48,733 nucleotides of DNA, from IMG/VR virus record IMGVR_UViG_3300003972_000407, positions 1-48,733 of that record, one strand, 5' to 3'. The position numbers were made by a program, and so were the translations under genes. Positions within the stretch are counted from its first letter, which is position 1. Every line of letters begins with the position of its first letter. The notes under the pieces were generated by a model. It was given only the letters and a program-made list of their open reading frames with translations, was not told the origin of the DNA and made no database searches. This DNA comes from a virus. Its lineage: Duplodnaviria > Caudoviricetes. Below, one piece after another: positions 17,828 through 25,810 of the stretch.

Positions 17828-18585
17828 TACTGCTCGTCCTTGTCTGCCAGCGCGCGGATCACGCGCTCGCACTCGGCGCGGGCCAGTACGTCGGCGCCAA
17901 CGCGCTCGGGGATGATGCCCCGACGTTCCAGCTCCGAGCGCACCGAGCCGTCGATTTCGGCGATCTCGTCGAGCTGGCTCGCGAGCGCCACGTCGCAGAT
18001 AGCCGTCATCACGAGGTCGCCCGCCTGTGCGGCCTCGGCGCGGAGCTGCGCGATCTGCTCGTCGGTGATCTCGTCGGGCAGGTGCGCAGCCTCGTAGCCC
18101 TCGCGGAACGCGTCGAACCAGGTCTCGCTAATCGCTTCCCACGCAGCCCGAGGTAGGCCCAGGTCGCGACAGATCTTGCCGGGGCCAACCGCCGACAGGT
18201 AGGCTTCGTCGGCCCCGGACAGGGGCCAGGCCCACTCGGGATCCTCGTGACCGAGCGCGACGTCCTTGGCGCGTTCGAGGTAGTCTTCCCGGCCCGCGCG
18301 CCGGCCGTGCGCCTTCACCGCGCCGAAATCGATCGTGGCGTATTCGAGTGCGTCCCACGCCTCGTTGGCGCCATCCTTGAGGTCGTCCTCGGGCCGGGGC
18401 CACTGCGCATCGGGCCACGTGCGGCGTGCGGCGAGGAGCACGGCGCGCTGTATGTCGTGCTGCGCGTCGTGGGTCTGGTAGCCGATCTCCTGGCCGTCTA
18501 CCAGGAGCGGAGCGGCCGCGTTCGCGAGGTCGCAGGTGAGGGTGATTGCGTCGTCGTCGAGCGAGATGATGACGGTGGTGGTCAT
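17827..18585 (-). CDS. hypothetical modular protein with shared DEQI..C..RAEC module
   Basis: ITDEQIAQLRAEAAQAGDLVMTAICDVAL...LARAECERVI. Confidence 0.7.
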   Translation of the reverse strand: MTTTVIISLDDDAITLTCDLANAAAPLLVDGQEIGYQTHDAQHDIQRAVLLAARRTWPDAQWPRPEDDLKDGANEAWDALEYATIDFGAVKAHGRRAGREDYLERAKDVALGHEDPEWAWPLSGADEAYLSAVGPGKICRDLGLPRAAWEAISETWFDAFREGYEAAHLPDEITDEQIAQLRAEAAQAGDLVMTAICDVALASQLDEIAEIDGSVRSELERRGIIPERVGADVLARAECERVIRALADKDEQ

Positions 18586-18618
18586 GGGGGTGTGCCTTTG
18601 GTGGGGGTTGCAGGTTGC

Positions 18619-18657
18619 GTGGTGCGCTGTCGGGGCTGCGCCCCGGTGGGCCGGCTT
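18619..18657 (-). repeat. degenerate copy of the 54-bp repeat
   Basis: gtggtgcgctgtcggggctgcgccccggtgggccggctt. Confidence 0.75.
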
Positions 18658-18679
18658 GTGGGGGTTTCGGTTGAGGGCT

Positions 18680-19072
18680 CCAAGGTAAACCAGCCCCCCC
18701 TTCGTGGTCAACTTGAGATTACGAAAATCCTCTAACCCATCGAAATCCCTAAGGATTTAGATACTCGCCCACGGGAATCGGATGGGCTAAGGTCGTAAAC
18801 GGATGTTTATCCGTGTTTTTCCGAATGGTTTCGCGGAGTTATCGGACCGATCTCGGTCCGGGTCCTCGAGAATTCCCGATAAAAATCAGACACTTAGAGC
18901 TCACAACTCGGAACCCGCTCGGAAGCCGATCGGAAGCCGATCGGCGCATCTATAGATCCGGCGAGATCGATCCCTTCCAAGCCCGACCTCGGGCGCGCGT
19001 TCGCGCCCGATCGGGCCCCATCCGAGCGCCCGCGTGCGCGCTCTCCAGCGAACAACACTTTGAGGTCAAAAC
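18680..19072. promoter_or_regulatory. divergent control region (possible promoters/origin)
   Basis: AT-richer non-coding gap between the minus-strand accessory operon and a plus-strand RHH gene. Palindrome AAATCC-ctaa-GGATTT at 18743-18758; tandem tcggaagccga at about 18919-18944. Confidence 0.5.
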
Positions 19073-19408
19073 ATGAGCAGAGGTTCTCTTTCGAGTCGAG
19101 ATCCGACGACGCGCTCGATCGCGGTTCGCCTACCGGCTGACCTTGCAAGCGCCGTCGACACCGCGTGCGAGCAAATGGGGATCACCGCGAGCGAGCTGCT
19201 TCGCGATCTCGTGCGCCGTTGGGCGTACGGCGAGAGTGAACTCAGCGGGCCCGATCACGGCTACGCTCAAGCGCGCTCGATGGCCGCCCAGCTCGCGCAC
19301 GCCGCGCTCAAACGAGCGCTCGGTGAGTTGCCGCCGTCGCACGGCGAAGCGGCCGAGATGCTGCGCGGCTACTTCGGCGAGCTGGCCGGCGCCCGCAGAC
19401 GCGCATAG
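19073..19408 (+). CDS. ribbon-helix-helix (CopG-like) regulator
   Basis: RSIAVRLPADLASAVDTACEQMGITASELLRDLVRRW. Confidence 0.75.
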   Translation: MSRGSLSSRDPTTRSIAVRLPADLASAVDTACEQMGITASELLRDLVRRWAYGESELSGPDHGYAQARSMAAQLAHAALKRALGELPPSHGEAAEMLRGYFGELAGARRRA

Positions 19409-19444
19409 CAGGCGAATGCGCCTTCGCAGGCGTCGCGGCTGGCG

Positions 19445-19801
19445 CTAACCCGGGCTCGACCAGGTACGCCCGTCGTAGGTCAGCTCGATTGGGTGCCCCT
19501 CGTGCGCCGTGTGAAACACGAGCGTGAGCGCGCCGACCAACTCGACCGGACACGTCGTGACGAGCGCGGGCGCACGCGCGCAGTTCTTCGCCTTGCAGCG
19601 GATCGTCAGTTCGCGCTCGACGCCTTGCGTGTTGTCGATCGCAAGGCGGAGCGCGTGGCTGCAATGGGGGCGCGCTGCGTGACACGCAGCGACGAGCGAC
19701 TCGATGACCCCGCACAGCTCCGAACGGCTGAGCGAGGGAAGCGCAGCGAGCGCCTCGCGACACTCGATGCACTCGATAGTCGCCGCCGTCTCGCCCGACA
19801 C
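19445..19801 (-). CDS. Cys/His-rich hypothetical protein
   Basis: CIEC, CKAKNC, HTAHEGH. Confidence 0.6.
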   Translation of the reverse strand: MSGETAATIECIECREALAALPSLSRSELCGVIESLVAACHAARPHCSHALRLAIDNTQGVERELTIRCKAKNCARAPALVTTCPVELVGALTLVFHTAHEGHPIELTYDGRTWSSPG

Positions 19802-19804
19802 GGC

Positions 19805-20257
19805 TTAGCCAGCCGCGGCAACGCCGATGCCGTTCGCCAGCTCGATGTCGAGGTAGGCGACCGCGTCCGCGTCCATCGTCACCGTGATAACGGGCGCGCC
19901 GTTCATGTCGACGTTCGCATCGACGACGTTGGGCGCCGGGGTCGCACCGATCGTGCGATCGGTCAGGCGGCAGATCGCACGCGGAACGCGGTTGTTGCCG
20001 ACGTTCGCGGCCGAGCCATCGGAGAGGAGCAGCGCACGCGCTTGCGCCTGCGTGAGCGCGCCCGGGGCGATCGTGCCGATGCCGTCGAGGTTCGCGCGAA
20101 CGATCTGGCGCAGCGGGCCAGGAAGGACATCGGTGAGCAGATCCGGTGACGCGCCGCCCGCGTTCGGAATGGTGACGGAGCCGCCCATCTCGTCACCCGC
20201 GATCAGGTAACGAAGGCGGTTGTTGCCGGCGAAGACGAGGGTAGCTGTGGCTGCCAT
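19805..20257 (-). CDS. putative virion protein
   Basis: AAGGAG SD; Ala/Gly/Thr-rich beta-type composition. Confidence 0.65.
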   Translation of the reverse strand: MAATATLVFAGNNRLRYLIAGDEMGGSVTIPNAGGASPDLLTDVLPGPLRQIVRANLDGIGTIAPGALTQAQARALLLSDGSAANVGNNRVPRAICRLTDRTIGATPAPNVVDANVDMNGAPVITVTMDADAVAYLDIELANGIGVAAAG

Positions 20258-20326
20258 GTTCGTGCGCTCCTTACAAGGATGTTGTAAGGCCGAGCATAGG
20301 CGCCCGATCCGAGCGTGGGCAACGAT

Positions 20327-21322
20327 CTAGAACTCGAAGTCGACGGTGGCGATCGGCCGCGACGGGTCGCCGTAGGTGCCATCCACCGTGCTCACACCGT
20401 AGGCGCGGTACGCGCAGAGGGCGTAGCGCGAGAAGTTCTGCGGCGTGATCTCGATCCAGCGCATCGGATCCGCAGAGTAACCGCTCGTGCCCTTCGAGCC
20501 GTCCGCGGCGATGCGATAGAGGCGATCGCCGTCGCGGTGATCGACGACGAAGAGCCCGGTGTGGTGCCACCAAAGCCAGCCCGACGAGCGCCGCGTCGAC
20601 TGGCACCACACGATGAACGTCGGAAGCGCCGCGCGCCGCTCGTACACCTCGCGGATGTCGAGAACCTTCGAGATGCCGAGTCGCTTCGCGCCCGAACCGT
20701 CGGGCGTGATCGCTGCACACACGTCGCCGAAGCCGCGGTAAGGTCCTGCGCCCGGGTTCTCGTGCACGCCGGGACTGCTCTCGCACAGCGTGAACAGCGA
20801 CGGGATGTTGCCCGCGTGCGTGAAGTCCTCGTTGCGCCGGCACAACCACGAAAGGAAAAAATTCGTCCAACTCGAACAGTGGAACGATGCGTACGGGCGC
20901 CCGAGCACATTCGGCCACGTCTTCGGCGTGCCGCCGAGCTTGCCGGCGCCGTAGGTCACGACGAACCGATCACGATGCCAGAGTCCACGCCCAGGCCCGT
21001 AGCGCACCGGCCGCGACGTGATCGCGGCAATCAAACGCTGGAACGCTTGCCACGTGCGCTCTTCACACGGTACGACTGGCGCGAGCGGCGTCGACGCGCT
21101 CGCATCATGCCGTACGATCGCCGCGTCGAGCGCGGCAAGCGTCATCGGACCGGCGATGCCGTCATCGTCGAGATCGGGACGGTCGGCCTGGAACGCGAGC
21201 ACTGCCGCGGAGGTCTTCGGCCCGTAGAAACCATCGACGTCGCCAGGATCGTAGCCGGCCGCCTTGAGCTTGAGTTGTAGCTGCTCGACCGCGGCGCCAC
21301 GGTCGCCTCTGCGGAGAATCAT
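20327..21322 (-). CDS. endolysin: N-terminal peptidoglycan-binding domain plus putative Cys/His amidase-peptidase domain
   Basis: LRRGDRGAAVEQLQLKL...VDGFYGPKTSAAVLAFQ...DGIAGPMT (PG_binding_1); FHCSSW and HHTGL candidate catalytic Cys/His. Confidence 0.8.
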   Translation of the reverse strand: MILRRGDRGAAVEQLQLKLKAAGYDPGDVDGFYGPKTSAAVLAFQADRPDLDDDGIAGPMTLAALDAAIVRHDASASTPLAPVVPCEERTWQAFQRLIAAITSRPVRYGPGRGLWHRDRFVVTYGAGKLGGTPKTWPNVLGRPYASFHCSSWTNFFLSWLCRRNEDFTHAGNIPSLFTLCESSPGVHENPGAGPYRGFGDVCAAITPDGSGAKRLGISKVLDIREVYERRAALPTFIVWCQSTRRSSGWLWWHHTGLFVVDHRDGDRLYRIAADGSKGTSGYSADPMRWIEITPQNFSRYALCAYRAYGVSTVDGTYGDPSRPIATVDFEF

Positions 21323-21482
21323 GTGCCCGATCCTAGCTTGATGGGTTGGCGCGCCTCGCCACGACACTTGCAGTTCCGCCGATGTTTCCAGCGGCACTGC
21401 GGATCGCGGTAGTACGACTCGGACGGCGATGCCGACTCGTCCGTGTCGGGCCTGGGCTTGTCAGGTTCGCGGCTCACGGCTC

Positions 21483-21884
21483 CTAGCGTCGTCGGGAGAA
21501 CGGCCGCGCCGGCCGGGCTGGTCGGGACGGTCGGGCCGGCTGAGACGCCGGTCGAGCCGGTTTGGCGGCCGGCTGAGGTGCAAGACGTCGCGGCGTGGGC
21601 CGAGGGCGCGACGGCGAGATCGGCTTGCGCGCCTCGCCTCGACAATCGCAGTTCGAGCGGTGTCGGCCCTGCGCCTTGCACTTCGGGTCGTAGTGCGTGG
21701 GCTCGGGTGCCTGCGTCGGCGGCTCGAACGTCCGACGCTCGGGCTCGACCGCGGGCTCCTTCGCCGGCTCGGCGGCGGGTGCCGGCTCGACGGCGGCAGG
21801 TTCCTTCGCCGACTCGATGCTCGGCGCTTCCGTTGCCGGCGCTTCGGGCGTCGGCGTCTCCTTCGACTTCGATTTTCTGCTCAC
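21483..21884 (-). CDS. Pro/Glu/Ala-rich low-complexity protein
   Basis: GGAGG SD, GTGA overlap; PAAEPAKE repeats, HxxxC..H..CxC. Confidence 0.55.
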   Translation of the reverse strand: MSRKSKSKETPTPEAPATEAPSIESAKEPAAVEPAPAAEPAKEPAVEPERRTFEPPTQAPEPTHYDPKCKAQGRHRSNCDCRGEARKPISPSRPRPTPRRLAPQPAAKPARPASQPARPSRPARPARPFSRRR

Positions 21885-22189
21885 GTCTGACCTCCGCGGT
21901 CGAACTTATCATCGAGCGCCTTGTCGATCGCTGCGTGCATCGCAGCTCGGCGGCTCGCCATATCAGCGATCAGCTTCTCGACCTCCGCGCGCGTGATCGG
22001 CTTGCCGTCGAAGCCGCGGATCAGCGCGGCGATCGCGCGGTCGATCGCTTCGAGTACGGCGCGCGCGTTCGAGTCGGGCTTGACGAGCGCGTCCTTCACG
22101 AGCCTTGCCACGCCTTCGATGATTTCGAGCGCGAGCGCGTGCTTCTCCAGCTCGCCGCGCGCCTTATCGATCCACGATGACGCTGACAT
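21881..22189 (-). CDS. hypothetical protein of lysis cassette
   Basis: TGATG overlap; amphipathic helices. Confidence 0.6.
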   Translation of the reverse strand: MSASSWIDKARGELEKHALALEIIEGVARLVKDALVKPDSNARAVLEAIDRAIAALIRGFDGKPITRAEVEKLIADMASRRAAMHAAIDKALDDKFDRGGQT

Positions 22190-22596
22190 CAGAGGTCCCC
22201 TTTGAGTTGCTTGACGGCGTCGATCACCTTGTGCGCTTCCTCCGTCGCCGTCTGGAGAGAGCGCCCGTCGTCGGACATCGACGCGGCGGCGATGAGTCGA
22301 TACGCGACCGTGCACGCGCCGTAGACCTTGTCCATCTCGGCACGATGCGCGTCGAGTTGTGCGCGCACGAATTCCTTGGTCACCTTCGTCGGATCTGCGG
22401 CGGCGACGATCTGCTCCTGCCGCGTGCGATCCCACGCTTCGAGCCCGTCGCACGCGGCGTTCACCGTCGCGAAGGTCGCGCGGAGCGTCTTCTGCCGCTG
22501 GCTTGCCCCACACGCAGCGGTGTGGAGTAGCGCGAGGAGCGCGAGCACCGTAACGATCACGCCAAACGCGGCCTGAAGACGCGCGCTACGAGGCAT
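22189..22596 (-). CDS. lipoprotein (spanin-like candidate)
   Basis: Signal peptide with lipobox TAAC, helical body. Confidence 0.6.
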   Translation of the reverse strand: MPRSARLQAAFGVIVTVLALLALLHTAACGASQRQKTLRATFATVNAACDGLEAWDRTRQEQIVAAADPTKVTKEFVRAQLDAHRAEMDKVYGACTVAYRLIAAASMSDDGRSLQTATEEAHKVIDAVKQLKGDL

Positions 22597-22867
22597 TCGC
22601 CGGCTCCTTTGCCTTGTCCTTCGGCTCCTCGCCCTCGCCCTTCGTCTCCTCGCCCTCGCCCTTCGTCTTCACCGCCGACGCGATCGCCGACGCGGCGCCC
22701 TGCACCGTCTTGCCGCTGACGTACACGATCAGCACGTCACGCGTGTAGGTCTGCCAGTCGGCGACCGACATCGCACCGATGGCCACGAGTACCGTGGCGC
22801 AGATCGCGAGCACACCGGCCGCGATCGCCTTTTCGCTCGCCAAGAGCGACTTGATACCTTCGAGCAT
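22586..22867 (-). CDS. holin-like membrane protein
   Basis: Two hydrophobic segments, charged C-terminus with duplicated TKGEGEE; upstream of lipoprotein and endolysin. Confidence 0.6.
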   Translation of the reverse strand: MLEGIKSLLASEKAIAAGVLAICATVLVAIGAMSVADWQTYTRDVLIVYVSGKTVQGAASAIASAVKTKGEGEETKGEGEEPKDKAKEPANAS

Positions 22868-22907
22868 GCCCCCAGGCTACCCGAGCGGGTTTACGGAGTG
22901 GTAATAA

Positions 22908-23573
22908 CTAGGCGGCCTGACTAGACGTTTCAACGGCTTGGGCGTCGATCACGCCCTCGGCGCCATCGTCGCCGTCGTCCTCGGCCCCGTCGTCCTCTAG
23001 CTCGTCCTCGTCGAACTCATCCGAGCCATCGCTCGGCGGCAGGAGGTACGAGCGATCGGCGATCCCGAGCGAGCGGCGATCCGCAGCCACGCCGAAGCAC
23101 ACGAGCGTCCCGAGCCCCGCGATCGCACCGAGCGCAGCGGCAATGCGCTTCGGCGTGAACAGCCCCTTGAGCTGTTCCATGGGATCGGGCGGCCTGGCGA
23201 TCGTCTGCGGGTTGATGAGCGCCGTCGGATCGGCCTCCAGGACGTTCGAGACGTAGCCTGCAATCTCCATCGCGTTTTGCGCGATGGTCGGGATCGCGTC
23301 CTCGGGCTGAAGGCAGCCAAGCTGCGCGAGCCCGTGATGCTTGCCGCTTGCGAGACGCTGCGCGATGACCTGCACCGCGAGCGCGAGTGACGGGCCGATC
23401 ACGCCGTCAACTTCGAGAACGACGGCCGGCGCCTCGGGGATTTGCTCAATCGCCCGGCGCACGGTGATTTGAAGCGTCTTGAACGCGCTCGTCGCGCCCA
23501 GGTTCTTCGGGTGCGCGCGCAGGATGCCGTGTTCGTTGGTGACGTGAAAGTCCTGATCGACTGCGAGTGTCAC
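22908..23573 (-). CDS. membrane protein with degenerate PG-binding-like motif
   Basis: LQ...VDGVIGP, C-terminal TM, acidic tail. Confidence 0.6.
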   Translation of the reverse strand: MTLAVDQDFHVTNEHGILRAHPKNLGATSAFKTLQITVRRAIEQIPEAPAVVLEVDGVIGPSLALAVQVIAQRLASGKHHGLAQLGCLQPEDAIPTIAQNAMEIAGYVSNVLEADPTALINPQTIARPPDPMEQLKGLFTPKRIAAALGAIAGLGTLVCFGVAADRRSLGIADRSYLLPPSDGSDEFDEDELEDDGAEDDGDDGAEGVIDAQAVETSSQAA

Positions 23574-23601
23574 CTGGGCAGCTTACCACCCTGCCCTGCT
23601 T

Positions 23602-24240
23602 TCACCATCCTGCGACAGCGGACTCGGGCGCCGTGCTCTTCGCCTCGCGGCGACGCTTGGCGATCACCACGGCCGCGATGGCACCGATCGCGAGTGCTGC
23701 GCCGCCGATGTACGCAGCGGCAGGCGGCACGTGGTCGAGGAGCGACGTCGCCAGCGCCGGCTTGCGTTTCTTGAGGCTATCGAGCGAGTTCTGGACGTTC
23801 GGGTTCGAGGACGACGGCGGCTTGTTGGCGGTCGTGGTCGCGAGCTGCGTCGTGCTCGGCTGCGGCGTCGGCGGTGGAAGCGGAGAGGGCGGCGCGAGTT
23901 GCTGAGCGATCTGCGCAGGCGGCTGCTTGATGGCGAGTGTGAGCGTGTCGAGCACCGACTGCGCGTTGAGGGCGAGCTGCTCGGGCGTGTTGATGCCCGC
24001 TTCGAGTGCGCGGGCCGCGCTTCCGACGACACCGTTGTCCAGCTCGCCGAGGTAGAGCAGCGTGAGCAACGCGACTTCGGTCGTCCCCTTGCCGATGATG
24101 CCGTCGACTTTGATCGGGCTGAACGCGAGCGCGGGGGCAAACTGGTTGAGCGTCGCCTGGAGCTTCTGGAACAGCGTGTTGGTCTCCGGGCTTTGGTAGC
24201 TGTAGCAGCCGACCGAAGTGCATTTGTAGCTCAGCGCCAT
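23602..24240 (-). CDS. membrane protein with PG-binding-like motif
   Basis: LQATLNQF..IKVDGIIGKGT, Pro-rich linker, C-terminal TM followed by KRRR. Confidence 0.65.
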   Translation of the reverse strand: MALSYKCTSVGCYSYQSPETNTLFQKLQATLNQFAPALAFSPIKVDGIIGKGTTEVALLTLLYLGELDNGVVGSAARALEAGINTPEQLALNAQSVLDTLTLAIKQPPAQIAQQLAPPSPLPPPTPQPSTTQLATTTANKPPSSSNPNVQNSLDSLKKRKPALATSLLDHVPPAAAYIGGAALAIGAIAAVVIAKRRREAKSTAPESAVAGW

Positions 24241-24262
24241 GGCTGGATAGTACCATAGGCAC

Positions 24263-25171
24263 ATGTCTTGCTGGCCGTGGTTTTCGCCGGTCTACCGACC
24301 GCTCGCCGAGGAGGCGTGGACGCGCACGATCGTGCCTTCGGGCTGTAGCGTTGACGCCAGCGGCAATGTGCCGTGCAGTCCCGAGACGATTCGCGCGCGA
24401 GCCGAGGTCTGGCTCTCGCAGCGCTACCCGCAAGTGATCGCCCAGCTCGGCGGTCGACTCGCGCTCGACGTCTACACGCTGGCACGGTACATCCATAGCG
24501 AGGCCGGATCGGGCACCGTCGAGGAACGAGTCGTCGTCGGCGAGCTGGCGCTCAACCAGGCGCGCGAGTCGCGACGCACGCTCGCGCAGATGCTCACGCC
24601 GAACGGCTTCTACGGCCCGGTCCACGCGCCGCGCGAGTGGTGTCTCGCGCACGGCTACTCGTGCAGCAGCTCGAACCCGAACGTGTGCTGCGCACCGTAC
24701 AAACGCTGGGCCTCGACAGTTCGCGACCCGTCGATCATGTCGATCCTCATCGCCGGGCTCGTCGCGTCCGGCGAGACCGGGGATTTCGCGCAGGGCGCCG
24801 TCACGCAATGGGGCCCCGAGGCGTGGATCGACGACGGTCAGACGAAGCTGCACAACTTCGTCAAGAACATCGCATCGTCGTCGAAATACTATTGGGTCGG
24901 TCCGCTCCCCGGCGTCGATCCATGGCGCGTGTTCGCCGTGCGCAAGGAATGGTTCGGACCGACGACGCCCATGGGCGAGGCGCTCATCAAACGCGGGCAG
25001 GAGGCGCTCACCTTGCCGCGGCGCGCGCCGACGTCCCCGCCGCTGACCGAGATCTGCGACAAGCCGCTCTTGTCTCGTCGTGGCAAGTCGTTCCTCGTGA
25101 CGATGCTGGGAGTCGCTGCGGGCGCGGTCGCTGCATACTTCGTCGGGGAGCGCTATGTTCACCCGACATGA
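24263..25171 (+). CDS. SleB/Hydrolase_2-like cell-wall hydrolase with C-terminal TM
   Basis: LARYIHSEAGSGTVEERVVVGELALNQ matches the LARxIxxEA..E...V..V.LNR pattern; C-terminal hydrophobic anchor. Confidence 0.65.
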   Translation: MSCWPWFSPVYRPLAEEAWTRTIVPSGCSVDASGNVPCSPETIRARAEVWLSQRYPQVIAQLGGRLALDVYTLARYIHSEAGSGTVEERVVVGELALNQARESRRTLAQMLTPNGFYGPVHAPREWCLAHGYSCSSSNPNVCCAPYKRWASTVRDPSIMSILIAGLVASGETGDFAQGAVTQWGPEAWIDDGQTKLHNFVKNIASSSKYYWVGPLPGVDPWRVFAVRKEWFGPTTPMGEALIKRGQEALTLPRRAPTSPPLTEICDKPLLSRRGKSFLVTMLGVAAGAVAAYFVGERYVHPT

Positions 25172-25404
25172 CCGATCCCGCTGAAAGAGCCCGTGACGAG
25201 CACCTCGTCGCCGCGATGGCCGTCGTGCTGACGTCAGGGTTCGCAGTCGAGAACAAGGCCGGCACGGCGCGCATCGAGCGCAACGATGACGACGAGTTCC
25301 GCGTGCTGACGATCGAGGACGACGGGCTGCGCCCCATGCCCGAGCGCTTCGACGAGGTCACCGAGGCGATCCGCTACTACCTGGACACCTGCGACGAAAC
25401 GTGA
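25168..25404 (+). CDS. hypothetical protein
   Basis: ATGA overlap, MTDPAERARDE. Confidence 0.6.
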   Translation: MTDPAERARDEHLVAAMAVVLTSGFAVENKAGTARIERNDDDEFRVLTIEDDGLRPMPERFDEVTEAIRYYLDTCDET

Positions 25405-25539
25405 TCCGCCCTGCGATCTCGTGTTAGGGTAAGCGCATGTCCGCGCAGACCCCGCCAAAGAAGCCGGTCAAGCCGGTCAAGGCCGGTTGCTGCACCCGTC
25501 CGATCGTCCGCCCGATCAAGCGCTAAAGGAGCGTGTCAT

Positions 25540-25722
25540 ATGGCGAAGAAGCGTCGTCGCAGTAAGAAGTCCACCACCCGTCGTCGTCGTGCTCACCCGC
25601 AGCGTGCGAAGTTCCGCGCGGCGGCGAAGAAGTGCCAAGCCGAGGTCCGCACAGCCGGTGTCGGCGCGTTCACGCGTGAGCAGTGGACCATGTACGGCCG
25701 CTGCATGAAACGCGAGCTGTAG
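25540..25722 (+). CDS. small basic protein (candidate DNA-condensing core protein)
   Basis: AAGGAG SD; MAKKRRRSKKSTTRRRRAH..KKC..RCMK. Confidence 0.7.
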   Translation: MAKKRRRSKKSTTRRRRAHPQRAKFRAAAKKCQAEVRTAGVGAFTREQWTMYGRCMKREL

Positions 25723-25746
25723 CCGCGTCTCGGGCGGCCGAAAACG

Positions 25747-25775
25747 GAAAGGGCGCCCTTCGAGGGCGCCCTTTC
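25747..25775. terminator. hairpin terminator between convergent genes
   Basis: gaaagggcgccct-tcg-agggcgccctttc, perfect 13-bp stem. Confidence 0.75.
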
Positions 25776-25810
25776 GGCGTGAGGTCTTCAGGACCGGCTG
25801 CTTTCCAGCA

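Larger units (their letters stand above)
12352..18599 (-). promoter_or_regulatory. start-associated motif AAAGGCACAC, six dispersed copies
   Basis: Plus-strand gtgtgccttt at 12352, 14157, 15748, 16614, 17746 and 18590, each 3-4 nt from an ATG of a minus-strand ORF. Confidence 0.8.

Noticed and set aside
23777-25162. Long alternative-frame ORFs (e.g. 23777-25162 -, 36366-37754 +, 14159-15166 +, 46496-47500 +)
   Set aside because: Arg/Ala-rich shadow ORFs opposite better-supported genes, as expected in high-GC DNA.
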